Positions 16,181-24,340 of a stretch of DNA of 28,513 nt are shown here, one piece after another. The notes under the pieces are model-generated. The model was given only the letters and a program-made list of their open reading frames with translations, was not told where the DNA came from and ran no database searches. The position numbers and the translations under genes are program-made. The DNA lies in IMG/VR virus record IMGVR_UViG_3300027785_000107, positions 1 through 28,513 of that record. The stretch is one strand, 5' to 3'. Numbering within the stretch: the first letter of the stretch is position 1; every line of letters begins with the position of its first letter. This stretch comes from a virus (taxonomy: Duplodnaviria; Caudoviricetes).

Positions 16181-18324
16181 CAGGTTATCCCTTGTGCGCG
16201 CCCATCAGGGCCTCTGAGAATTTGCTTTGGTTTGGACAGTGCAGATGCCAAGGCCTCCTGACCCCGCCCGATGGCAAGAAGGCCAGCGCCCAAGGCTTCC
16301 ATTGTCCGGTCTGGCTTGACGGGTTGCATGGCTGATTCGCCGCCCTCTTCCGACATGCGCTTGCGGGCTTCGGTGTGTTCGGCATCGCGGGCCTTAAACT
16401 CAAAGTCGAGTTGCCGTGACTGCGCCCCAAACTCAAAGTCGGCCTGCTTTTCCTGCAGTTTGATTTCCAGCATGGTTTGCGCCTTGCCAGTTTCAATCTC
16501 AGCCTGACGGTTAAGCCGTTCCATGTCGTATTTAAACTGCAGGTCGGCCAATTGCATGGCCCGCTCGGTCTTGCGCTGGTCGGCCATGTCTTGGCGCTCC
16601 AGTTCCTGCGCGTCTGCCTGTGCCTGCATAGCCAGCTCTTGCTGCTTGGCCTGCATCTGCATCTGAGCCTTGGCCTGCTCGGCTTGCATCGCTTGGTCTG
16701 GCTGCTGCGATTGCTGCTCTTGGGCCTGCTTCAGCTTGTCCAGAAGCAACTTCTTCTTCGGCAGCGACGAGGCTTCAATCAGCACGTCAGGCGGGATGGG
16801 CATACCGGCCTGCACCAACTCGGCAAGGCGCTGGAACTGCTCTTCCTGAATGACCGCAGTGTCTGGCGTGGAGTCGATGACGATGTCCACGTCCATCTCA
16901 GCCGGGTTGTTCGACTGCATGACAGGCTGGCCCGTCATCGGGTCGATCTGCATCTTGCCCGTCTGCGGGTCGATGACAGGTTCCGGCATGTTCAAGCCGA
17001 CAAAGCGCGGGGCGTTCTCGTCGTCGGTGACGCGGATCCACTTCGGGGCCGTCCAGAATTGTTTGATGCTTTCCCACATGGCGCGATAGCACCTGAGCTT
17101 CCAGTCATCAAAGCCTGCCAGCAACGGAGCCTGCTCTGTCATGCCAGCCTGCTGCTCGGCAAGGATAGCCCTGCCCGACTGAGACTGACCGCCTCGGCCT
17201 ACAATGCCCGGGGTCGGGCTTTGGCGGCGCATCTCTTCCTTGGCGTCACGCAGCAGTTCAAGGTGGGCAGGCGTTAGCTGCCGATCGCCAAGTTCCTCAA
17301 TCTGCCCTTCACGGGCCTCGATGATGCCGTCCGGCTTGGCCCATTCCTTGCGGACTGCGTCAACGTCCAGAACCCCAGGCTCTACCCGGAGTTTCGCCAC
17401 GTTCAGCAGATGGATAGCCTTCGACCGGCCCTTGTTGATGGCATCCTGCGGCGAGACCATATCTTTGACCGCGCCGTACCGCTGGTTGTCGATGTCCACG
17501 TATGCGGACTGAGCCAAGATAGGGTTGCGCGGCTGTTTGGTCTTGGAGTCGAGGTACTGGCTTGGGCCTTCTTCGAGGACACCACCATAGACAAACACGC
17601 ACTTGTTCCAGATGCCGCCGCGTCGGCTGTACATCTCAAAGCACATGATGCGGCGGGACTTCACGTCAATCCATGACCAGCCGTCTTTCGGCCTGTCTTT
17701 GAACGTGTCGCCGGTTGTAGCAATGTCGAAGGACTGCTTGATCTTGTCTTCAGCGTCTGGATAGAGGTCGATGAGATCCTGCTCATCCATCCACTTCGCT
17801 ATTCCCATGTAGCGCGCGTCGCCGAAGTCACGGTCGCGGCTGTACGGGTCGTAGAAGAACTCTTCCGGCCTGATGCGCCGAATGCCAGGCTCTTGGCCCT
17901 CGTTGATCTCATTGATGCCAGCGACCACGCCCCAAATGAGGAAGTCCTGCAGGCATTCGCGAGCCGTTGCATTAAACCGGGTCACGTCGCTGACGTAGCG
18001 CAGGCCGTCCGTGGCTACTTCCGCAGCTTCTTGGTCCTTTGGGGTGCGGCCCCACCCTTTGGGGTCTGTGCGGCCACGCTCGACTATGCCGATAATGGCG
18101 TTAACCGCCGGTTTCACGTGATTGAATACCAGCGCGGGCTGACCACGGGCCTCAAGAATGCGACGCTCGTTATCGGTAAACTGGTCACCATCATAGTACC
18201 GCTGGAAGACCTGAGCCGCACGCCTTGCAGCGTCGAGCATGTCCATGCTGACAGTGGCTTTGCGCTTGACGGTTTCGAGGTAATTGTCCTCGGCCTTCTG
18301 GTCTGAGACTTTGCGCTTTGCCAT
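16180..18324 (-). CDS. Portal protein, P22-like, with a long Q-rich C-terminal coiled-coil barrel, ~714 aa
   Basis: 'YYDGDQF...RGQPALVFNHVKPAVNAIIG', 'FFYDPYSRDRDFGDARY' and 'YGAVKDMVSPQDAINK'. Start moved to the ATG at 18324 (TAATG overlap with terL). Confidence 0.92.
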   Translation of the reverse strand: MAKRKVSDQKAEDNYLETVKRKATVSMDMLDAARRAAQVFQRYYDGDQFTDNERRILEARGQPALVFNHVKPAVNAIIGIVERGRTDPKGWGRTPKDQEAAEVATDGLRYVSDVTRFNATARECLQDFLIWGVVAGINEINEGQEPGIRRIRPEEFFYDPYSRDRDFGDARYMGIAKWMDEQDLIDLYPDAEDKIKQSFDIATTGDTFKDRPKDGWSWIDVKSRRIMCFEMYSRRGGIWNKCVFVYGGVLEEGPSQYLDSKTKQPRNPILAQSAYVDIDNQRYGAVKDMVSPQDAINKGRSKAIHLLNVAKLRVEPGVLDVDAVRKEWAKPDGIIEAREGQIEELGDRQLTPAHLELLRDAKEEMRRQSPTPGIVGRGGQSQSGRAILAEQQAGMTEQAPLLAGFDDWKLRCYRAMWESIKQFWTAPKWIRVTDDENAPRFVGLNMPEPVIDPQTGKMQIDPMTGQPVMQSNNPAEMDVDIVIDSTPDTAVIQEEQFQRLAELVQAGMPIPPDVLIEASSLPKKKLLLDKLKQAQEQQSQQPDQAMQAEQAKAQMQMQAKQQELAMQAQADAQELERQDMADQRKTERAMQLADLQFKYDMERLNRQAEIETGKAQTMLEIKLQEKQADFEFGAQSRQLDFEFKARDAEHTEARKRMSEEGGESAMQPVKPDRTMEALGAGLLAIGRGQEALASALSKPKQILRGPDGRAQGIT

Positions 18325-19805
18325 TATGCTGTCTTCCATCCGCCCGAAGCGGCCAAACTTCTGTTTCTTGTGTATCTGTCGACCGGGTTGCGTGAATGGT
18401 CGACCTTGGTGAGCAACGCAGGCCAAGCCTCGTAGACCGCGCGGCCTATCAGGCTGCAACAGTCCACAGCGTCGTCATGCTTTCCGGCTGGAAAGCGGAT
18501 CAACTGGTCAACAACCTCGCCAGCCCAAGGGGACTTCGGGAAGCTGACCTTGCCGTTAGCTGCAAGCGCCTGGAACGCTCTGGCCCGTGTCGGCTTGTCG
18601 TGGATGCTCGCCACCCACTCAATACTCGCCCACGTCTTGCGCTCGTCCATGCGCTTCTTCAGCGGCCCTTCAATGGCTCGCTTGATGACACCAGACTCGG
18701 CGAACCATGTAAGCGGCTTATGCTTTCCAATGAGGTCGCACCAACGCTCGATCCATACGCTGGCATCAGTTTGTCCACGCCACCAATCGACCGCGTAAAT
18801 CGTGCTATCTGGACCCACGCCCCATACCGCGTGCTCTGTATAATCCCCCCCACCGTCAGTGACAGCGAAGTCAGAGGTTCCGAAGAGGTTGACCTTGGGT
18901 CGCTCGTCATGGGTCTTGAACCATTCCCGTCTAAAAAAGGTGCCCTCGTCAGGCTGCGGGTCTTGCTGAAACAGCGCAGAGAAGAACCGGGGCAGCGAGT
19001 TCGCTCGGATGCGGTCAAGTGCTTCAACTGGGTAAGCTTCCGGCCAGAGCGCCGCCCCGGAACTGTCTATGGCGGGTAGCTGGATAATCTCCCACTTGTC
19101 GCCGCCGTTGTTCTGTTGTTCGAGCAAGAAGCCCGATAAGTCATCCTCATGCATCCGGTGGTTAATCAGGATGATAGCGCCACCAGGCTGAAGCCGGTTG
19201 TAGACGCTGCCCTGATACCACTCCTTGACTGCCTTGCGCTCTAGTTCGCTCTGAGCGTCGGCCATTGAACCGAATGGGTCGTCAATGATGAACTCGTCAG
19301 CACCCTTGCCGAGAATTTGGCTCCCCACACCGACCGAGTAGAATATCCCGCCCTTGTTTGTGTGCCACCTAGCAGATGCCTGACTATCTTCGGCCAACCT
19401 GACTTCAGGGAATAGACGACTGTAATCCTCGCTCCTGATGATGTTTCGAACCTCACGGCCAATATCGGCCGCAAATTCAGCAGAGGCGGACGCTGCGATG
19501 ATCTGGCGATGCGGGAAGTTCCCTAAGCAAAAGGCCGGATATCGTCTTGAGGCTAGTTCGGTCTTCCCATGCCTTGGAGGCATCAGGAGCATCAGGCGAT
19601 CTACATCGCGGCGCATGACCCGCTCTAGCTGCTCGGCGACTATGCGGTGGTGCTTGGCGGTCTTGTAGCGGTCGTAAGTGTACTCAGTGAATTGGATTAG
19701 GCTTTGCCTTGCCTGCCTTCTCTTCAGCAGTTCCGTTGCTGCTTCCACGACTTGAGACGATGGCTGCAAGTTCTGCGTCGGTGAGTTCTGAGACTGCGCG
19801 CTCAT
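18324..19805 (-). CDS. terL: Terminase large subunit
   Basis: Walker A 'MPPRHGKT', Walker B 'FIIDDP' and nuclease 'FPAGKHDDAVD'. The exact start is uncertain. Confidence 0.95.
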   Translation of the reverse strand: MSAQSQNSPTQNLQPSSQVVEAATELLKRRQARQSLIQFTEYTYDRYKTAKHHRIVAEQLERVMRRDVDRLMLLMPPRHGKTELASRRYPAFCLGNFPHRQIIAASASAEFAADIGREVRNIIRSEDYSRLFPEVRLAEDSQASARWHTNKGGIFYSVGVGSQILGKGADEFIIDDPFGSMADAQSELERKAVKEWYQGSVYNRLQPGGAIILINHRMHEDDLSGFLLEQQNNGGDKWEIIQLPAIDSSGAALWPEAYPVEALDRIRANSLPRFFSALFQQDPQPDEGTFFRREWFKTHDERPKVNLFGTSDFAVTDGGGDYTEHAVWGVGPDSTIYAVDWWRGQTDASVWIERWCDLIGKHKPLTWFAESGVIKRAIEGPLKKRMDERKTWASIEWVASIHDKPTRARAFQALAANGKVSFPKSPWAGEVVDQLIRFPAGKHDDAVDCCSLIGRAVYEAWPALLTKVDHSRNPVDRYTRNRSLAASGGWKTA

Positions 19806-20031
19806 GTGTCGTTGTTACGTCCAGGCTCTGCGGGGCCTTGCCGTCAATGCGGTCAGCTATTTCCTTGAATGCAGCGAGGTCGCCCTCGACAGCCTTCTCA
19901 ACTACAGCAGCCGCAGCAATGGCCAACTTCTTGCGGCCTTGCGGGTCACCTTCCTGCACTCGGTTGACAGCAATCATCAGGGCATCGCGGACCAGTTTGT
20001 CCCGCTTGTTGCCTGAAGATGGGCTACCCAT
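19684..20031 (-). CDS. terS: Terminase small subunit, 115 aa
   Basis: 'KAVEGDLAAFKEIADRIDGKAPQ' and 'ELTDAEL'. Directly upstream of and overlapping terL. Confidence 0.75.
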   Translation of the reverse strand: MGSPSSGNKRDKLVRDALMIAVNRVQEGDPQGRKKLAIAAAAVVEKAVEGDLAAFKEIADRIDGKAPQSLDVTTTHERAVSELTDAELAAIVSSRGSSNGTAEEKAGKAKPNPIH

Positions 20032-20040
20032 AATAATCTG

Positions 20041-20199
20041 TTAACCTTTTGATTCTTCTACAACCTTAGCCTGTTCAACCTGCGCCCTGATCTGCTGTTC
20101 AAGGTTGGCAAGCAATTGGGCGACTTGGCGGTAAGGCATGTTGGCGAGAGCAGCACCGACTAGGGCTGCTTCTTCGTGTGTCAGGTCGATCTTAAGCAC
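20041..20199 (-). CDS. Small helical protein (possible fibre chaperone), ~52 aa
   Basis: 'LANMPYRQVAQLLANLEQQ', a type commonly found after fibre genes. The GTG at 20199 overlaps the fibre stop region. Confidence 0.6.
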   Translation of the reverse strand: MLKIDLTHEEAALVGAALANMPYRQVAQLLANLEQQIRAQVEQAKVVEESKG

Positions 20200-21778
20200 C
20201 GATAAGCCCGTGTGTTGTGAGTGCGGCCTGTAGCGCCATGACGCGTCCAGCAAGCTGTGCAGTGGTGACTGTTGCGGTGTCGTAGCTTGTGGCTTTGTTC
20301 GTCGTGCCGGTCATAGCCGTCCAGCCTGTGTCTCTTGCACCAACTACCTTCAACGTCGAGACGCGGTACTCTGTGTCTGAGCGAATGGCTAAGGGGCTGA
20401 TGACTTGGTTGCTGTAAATCTGCAGCGCGCTAGTGTTGCCGGTCACGAAGTGCCAGGCGGTCAGGCTTGAGGAGTATGTGAAGTAGGTCGTGCTTACCGC
20501 TGACGGGTAGCGGCTCAGGCCACTAGGGTCTGTCGCGGTGACGTTGCCGTAAATGCGTTGGTCAGCCTTCAGGGTGATGGCTGCTTGGTTCGCACCGAAG
20601 TCACAGAACGAGAGGTCTAGGCCAAAGCGAAATGGACCCTTGGCGTTATAGGCTACGTCTACAGATCCTGACCCGACGCTCTGGACTTTGTAGCCTGCCC
20701 AGAAAACGTCCTTTGCCCCCGTGGTCACAGTCCGGTTCAGGTTCACGACCCAACCGATTGCGGCTACATCTCGCGTTCCGTTGTCAGACAGCAGGAACTC
20801 GCCGGGGTTCAGGTATGCACCGTCTACCGATGCAGCAAGGTTGCCACCGACAATGACTGCTGCAGGGTTGGCAAGAAAACTGGTCGAACCTGACTTAGTG
20901 CTGCCGATACCACCCGTAACCCAGAGGCCGTAAACGTCGCCTTGGCCGTCATTCTGAAGCCGAACCCTAAGCGCGGCAACACCAGTGCGGCCATCGTTGC
21001 TGCTTGTGGATTGGTTCCAGCCGCTTTCGTTGTCCAGCCATATATAAAATGGCATGGCCTCCGGGATTGATTCGTACCCTGTCGTTGGCTGGCCTAATGT
21101 GCCAGCGCCTGTGACCTTGTGATAGACCGGGAACCGGACGCCCTTCAGGTCGCCAGAGAATGACGTGTCAATGGTTGCATGAGCCGAGCCGTCATCAGCG
21201 GGCAGCGCCGAAATAGTGGTCTTGTAGTAAGACCGCTCAAAGATAACGCCGTTAGCAGTCGTGAACGTGTCGAGGTTGCTGGCGCTTGTAGTTCGCTTGT
21301 AAAGCCCGCCCCTGCCATCCGCCGCTGACGTGTAGCCAGACACCCAAATGTAATTGACCGAATCGCCGGGGTTCGTGGCTTGAGCCTGTGCAACAGTCTC
21401 GAAGAACTGCGCCGTATTCTGCGGGACACTAGCTATATTGGGTAAAAAAAAAGCGCTTCCAGCCCTTGGCTGGATTTTGATGCGGAACTCTTCAATGTCG
21501 CCGCTGGATGTCGTGACCTTGAAGTCCACATGACCGAAGCCCTTGAGCCTCTGGGTCAGCCTGGTGCTGGTGTTGGATGTGTTTGTAACCGTGACGCCTG
21601 AAGGTGTCCGTGTGACGCTGGAGATGGTCGCGCCGTCCAGATAGCTGGACATGTCCACGATATACGTGAGTTCGTCATTTTCCTCGTGGAAGGCTGAAAA
21701 TTCCTGAGGGTTAACAACCGTAAGTCCTCTGACGGCGTGCCTCTTGTTCGTGGCGAGAACTATGGTCCTGTCAGCCAC
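20192..21778 (-). CDS. Tail fibre/needle-like fusion protein, 528 aa
   Basis: N-terminal adaptor-like domain, tailspike-type 'GYTSAADGRGGLY' domain, beta-rich body, and C-terminal 'KVVGARDTGWTAMTGTTNK...ALQAALTTHGLI' resembling the P22 gp26 tip. SD GAGGAG. Confidence 0.75.
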   Translation of the reverse strand: MADRTIVLATNKRHAVRGLTVVNPQEFSAFHEENDELTYIVDMSSYLDGATISSVTRTPSGVTVTNTSNTSTRLTQRLKGFGHVDFKVTTSSGDIEEFRIKIQPRAGSAFFLPNIASVPQNTAQFFETVAQAQATNPGDSVNYIWVSGYTSAADGRGGLYKRTTSASNLDTFTTANGVIFERSYYKTTISALPADDGSAHATIDTSFSGDLKGVRFPVYHKVTGAGTLGQPTTGYESIPEAMPFYIWLDNESGWNQSTSSNDGRTGVAALRVRLQNDGQGDVYGLWVTGGIGSTKSGSTSFLANPAAVIVGGNLAASVDGAYLNPGEFLLSDNGTRDVAAIGWVVNLNRTVTTGAKDVFWAGYKVQSVGSGSVDVAYNAKGPFRFGLDLSFCDFGANQAAITLKADQRIYGNVTATDPSGLSRYPSAVSTTYFTYSSSLTAWHFVTGNTSALQIYSNQVISPLAIRSDTEYRVSTLKVVGARDTGWTAMTGTTNKATSYDTATVTTAQLAGRVMALQAALTTHGLIGA

Positions 21779-21799
21779 GTATCAGCACTCCTCAAACGC

Positions 21800-21828
21800 A
21801 AAAAAACCGGGATGCGGCAACACCCCGG
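21800..21828 (-). terminator. tR'-like intrinsic terminator in front of the late operon
   Basis: Minus strand CCGGGGTG-TTGCCG-CATCCCGG-TTTTTTT. Confidence 0.85.
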
Positions 21829-21894
21829 CTTCAATTCTTGCCACAACCCAAAAGAAGAAGCGCCGAATCAGTACGCAATCCGACCACTCCGTTA

Positions 21895-21923
21895 TTTATG
21901 CTTTAGAGGTTTTTGCTGCGCAA
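21895..21923 (-). promoter_or_regulatory. Candidate late promoter (pR'-like)
   Basis: TTGCGC (21923-21918), 17 nt, CATAAA (21900-21895), just after the regulator stop and ~65 nt before the terminator. Confidence 0.55.
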
Positions 21924-21934
21924 GGATATTTGGT

Positions 21935-22447
21935 CTAACGCGTCAAGCCGAAGTGTTTCGCTAGTCCATCAGCAAACCTCTGAAGCCAAATCATAGCCTC
22001 GTGCGGACTGCCACCCACATGCTCCATCATCCACCGCCCTGCGCTTTTGCCGTTAATAGCCACAGCATCAACCATAGGCACAGCGTATTTGCTCAGGTTC
22101 GTCAGGCAGATGATAGCGTTTTTCCGTCGAGCGATAGCAGCTACCCGCATGTCTGAGAACTCAGTCGTGCCGCCGTTGACGGTCTGGCCGTAGCCGCCGA
22201 TGCACGCTGGCATCAGCCCGGCCAAGTACCCGTCGCTCTGCCATTTCCGCAAAGCGTCAGCCTGGACTTGGGTGATGTAGCCGCGCACTAAGTACCAGGC
22301 GATCATGTCGTTTTCGACCCGGAGCCTTTTACTGCTGCGGTCACCTGGGTCCGGTTGCTCTTCGATGGCTTTGATTGCTTGACGACGCGCTTCTGGGGTG
22401 CCGAAGTCGCTGCCTTGGGGGTCTTCGGCTTGTTTTCTTTTCGCCAC
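21935..22447 (-). CDS. Late-gene regulator / Q-position antiterminator (DUF6456, GafZ-like)
   Basis: 'WYLVRGYITQVQADALRKWQSDGYLAGL' and C-terminal 'GLAKHFGL'. It is the last gene before the promoter and terminator. An alternative start is the ATG at 22306. Confidence 0.6.
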   Translation of the reverse strand: MAKRKQAEDPQGSDFGTPEARRQAIKAIEEQPDPGDRSSKRLRVENDMIAWYLVRGYITQVQADALRKWQSDGYLAGLMPACIGGYGQTVNGGTTEFSDMRVAAIARRKNAIICLTNLSKYAVPMVDAVAINGKSAGRWMMEHVGGSPHEAMIWLQRFADGLAKHFGLTR

Positions 22448-22599
22448 TTCTCAAACTCCGCTGCTGTTGCGTGTGCACCGTTCACTGCTTTGGAGCGGGA
22501 GGAGTAAACCTCCGCGCTGTCACTGATAACCTCGCCGTTAGTAGCCCTGCAGGTCCAGAACCATCGGCCTTGTGGGGTCTGCCAAATCTCAATTGGCAT
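22303..22599 (-). CDS. DUF1508/YegP-like protein
   Basis: 'EIWQTPQGRWFWTCRATNGEVISDSAEVYSSRSKAVNG' matches the DUF1508 pattern. Confidence 0.7.
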   Translation of the reverse strand: MPIEIWQTPQGRWFWTCRATNGEVISDSAEVYSSRSKAVNGAHATAAEFEKWRKENKPKTPKAATSAPQKRVVKQSKPSKSNRTQVTAAVKGSGSKTT

Positions 22600-22819
22600 T
22601 CGTGGCCTCGTTATCCACATGCCCAGACCCGTTCAGCAATTCACCGGGAATACCCCCCTTTATTCCCGGTGCCTTTTGTGCCCGCTTTTTGCGGGGCTGA
22701 ATCGGCTTGATGTTAAAGGCGGAGGGTTGCGCAACCTTCAGCAAGGTGCGGATAGCCAGCGCCTTCTCCAGATTTGAGGCTGGGCGCTCTAAAATTTCGA
22801 GTAGCTCAAGGTCGGTCAT
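22589..22819 (-). CDS. Hypothetical protein, 76 aa
   Basis: Coupled (TAATG) ORF in the replication operon. Confidence 0.55.
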   Translation of the reverse strand: MTDLELLEILERPASNLEKALAIRTLLKVAQPSAFNIKPIQPRKKRAQKAPGIKGGIPGELLNGSGHVDNEATNAN

Positions 22820-23352
22820 TAGTGCTGCTCCTGTCTGGCCCTTTTGGCCGCTGGGGTTTTCAGTAAGGCTTCGGAAACTGTCGGGTCCTGGCTGGCGGGC
22901 TTGGGCGGGGCCTTCACGTCAAGGGGGTCAGGCTCGGACTGCCCAAAGCCAAAATCCTGCTTCCACTTCAGCGCCTGTGCTGCCCGGTGCGCGATCTCTT
23001 CGGCCTCAGTGCGGCCCTCCCGCGCAAATGCTTCTGGCTTGGCTTGAAAGCGTGGGAGGCCCGGTGCGGGCGCGTCTTCCCGCATGATGTCCACAAGGTT
23101 GGCAATCGTCGGCCACCACGTCGAACGGCGAATGTGTTCGCTGAGTGCGTGGTTCAGCCGATCAGCCGAATATGCCCCCAGCGTCCCGTGCCATTCAGCC
23201 ACCATCAGCCGCATGTCCACGCCCCGGCGCTCGCCGTAATTCGCCAGGCAACGGGCCACGAGTTTGGCAATGTCATCCGTTGACGACCTGACCGGAACGG
23301 ACAATGTCGGCAAGCTGTTCGAGTTGTGATTTCTGGTTAGTTCTTGAGCCAT
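22819..23352 (-). CDS. Putative helicase loader/inhibitor (G39P-like, lambda P position)
   Basis: 'EWHGTLGAYSADRLNHALSEHIRRSTWWPTIANL'. Follows the initiator. Start uncertain. Confidence 0.55.
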   Translation of the reverse strand: MAQELTRNHNSNSLPTLSVPVRSSTDDIAKLVARCLANYGERRGVDMRLMVAEWHGTLGAYSADRLNHALSEHIRRSTWWPTIANLVDIMREDAPAPGLPRFQAKPEAFAREGRTEAEEIAHRAAQALKWKQDFGFGQSEPDPLDVKAPPKPASQDPTVSEALLKTPAAKRARQEQH

Positions 23353-24049
23353 TTGCAGGTTTCTCCTTCAGTGCCCAGTTGTTCCACTTGGCTTGGAATT
23401 CGGTCATCGTTCGCGGGTTTTGGGTGTCTGCGGCGTAGTGGTTCGCGAACATCCGCGCCGCCACCTCCAAATCAATTTCCGGCAGGCCAGCCAATCTGCG
23501 CTGCTGCGCTGCGATGGTTATCCAGCCGTCAGGAACAACAGCTTCGGAAGGCCAAGTGGTTCGGGTCTTGGGTGGCGGGAAAATTTTCTCGCGCGGCTCC
23601 TCCCTATTCCCTTCCTCTTCCCCTATTCCATTCTCCATTCCCTTATTCCATTCCAGCGGGGGTGACTGCTTCACGGTTGCTTCCCCGTTGCTTCCCTCCA
23701 ACTTCACAGGTGGTTCAGGGTATCTTGCAGGCTCTGAAGCCTCTTTCCCGCCGAAGCGTTGGTGTTCGGCAAAGGAAGAAATAAACCCGTACCTTTTGCT
23801 CCCCACCTCGTAGGTCTGAACAAAGCCCGCAGCCTCAAGGATGCGGATCGTGTCTGCCATGTCGAATTCGAGGAACGGGAGGATGTCGAGCTTCAGGTGC
23901 CTGGGCTTGCACTCGAACCTGCCGAAGCGGTCGCAGTGTCCCCAGAGGCCAGCAAAGACGAGCATGACGTGTGCGCCGTGCTGTGACGCAAGGTCTTGCA
24001 AGCCTTCGTGCCGGAAAAAGTCAGGCTTGATTGTCCTGATGCGTGCCAT
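23273..24049 (-). CDS. Phage replication initiator (O-like), 258 aa
   Basis: 'MARIRTIKPDFF...GLWGHCDRFGRF' N-terminus, a low-complexity linker containing repeats, and a DnaT-like C-terminus 'FQAKWNNW'. Confidence 0.85.
   Translation of the reverse strand: MARIRTIKPDFFRHEGLQDLASQHGAHVMLVFAGLWGHCDRFGRFECKPRHLKLDILPFLEFDMADTIRILEAAGFVQTYEVGSKRYGFISSFAEHQRFGGKEASEPARYPEPPVKLEGSNGEATVKQSPPLEWNKGMENGIGEEEGNREEPREKIFPPPKTRTTWPSEAVVPDGWITIAAQQRRLAGLPEIDLEVAARMFANHYAADTQNPRTMTEFQAKWNNWALKEKPANGSRTNQKSQLEQLADIVRSGQVVNG
23598..23698. repeat. Candidate replication origin (iterons) inside the initiator gene
   Basis: Three tandem 11-mers CTGCTTCACGG / TTGCTTCCCCG / TTGCTTCCCTC (23666-23698), beside a pyrimidine-skewed tract with CC(C/T)TATTCC x3. 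Confidence 0.55.
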
Positions 24050-24258
24050 TATGCGGCCTCCATCAATTCAATGCGAAGGCCGAGAACGGCTGCGACCAAT
24101 AAGGCGCTCTGCAGCCTGGGCTTTTGCCCACCACTTTCCCAACGCTTGATTGAGTGGGCTGGGATGCCTGTCTTGTTTGAAAGAGCCTCAACGGTCATAC
24201 CGGAGGAAATGCGCTTTTCGCGCATAATGCTAATCAGTACGTCAGCAGGTGTCTTCAT
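24049..24258 (-). CDS. XRE-family HTH protein, ~69 aa
   Basis: 'REKRISSGMTVEALSNKTGIPAHSIKRWESG'. Start moved to the ATG at 24258 (SD GAGGGA). Confidence 0.8.
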   Translation of the reverse strand: MKTPADVLISIMREKRISSGMTVEALSNKTGIPAHSIKRWESGGQKPRLQSALLVAAVLGLRIELMEAA

Positions 24259-24276
24259 TTGTCCCTCGCATAGACT

Positions 24277-24336
24277 ATCGCCGGTAACCCGCCCGATGCG
24301 AGCGGGGGGAAGGTGTTGCCACCCTGTCCCGGCGAT
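24277..24336 (-). ncRNA. Candidate three-way-junction leader RNA
   Basis: ATCGCCGG/CCGGCGAT stem enclosing GGGTG-GCAA-CACCT and CCCGCTCG-CAT-CGGGCGGG. Confidence 0.55.
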
Positions 24337-24340
24337 TCGT

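Noticed and set aside
16500-16740. CTG/CAG-rich quasi-repeats
   Set aside because: They encode the Gln/Ala-rich portal coiled coil and are not a DNA repeat array or CRISPR.
16477-17277. 266-aa plus-strand ORF, and similar ones at 18396..19079, 13530..14231, 10588..11172 and 9606..10160
   Set aside because: Antisense shadows of well-supported minus-strand genes in GC-rich DNA, with no recognisable motifs.
18325-18459. 45-aa N-terminal extension of the portal in the ORF track
   Set aside because: It lies inside terL. The ATG at 18324 overlaps the terL stop and has an SD-like GGAAG upstream.
20192-21778. Diversity-generating retroelement target in the fibre gene
   Set aside because: No reverse transcriptase gene and no template/variable repeat pair seen in the window.
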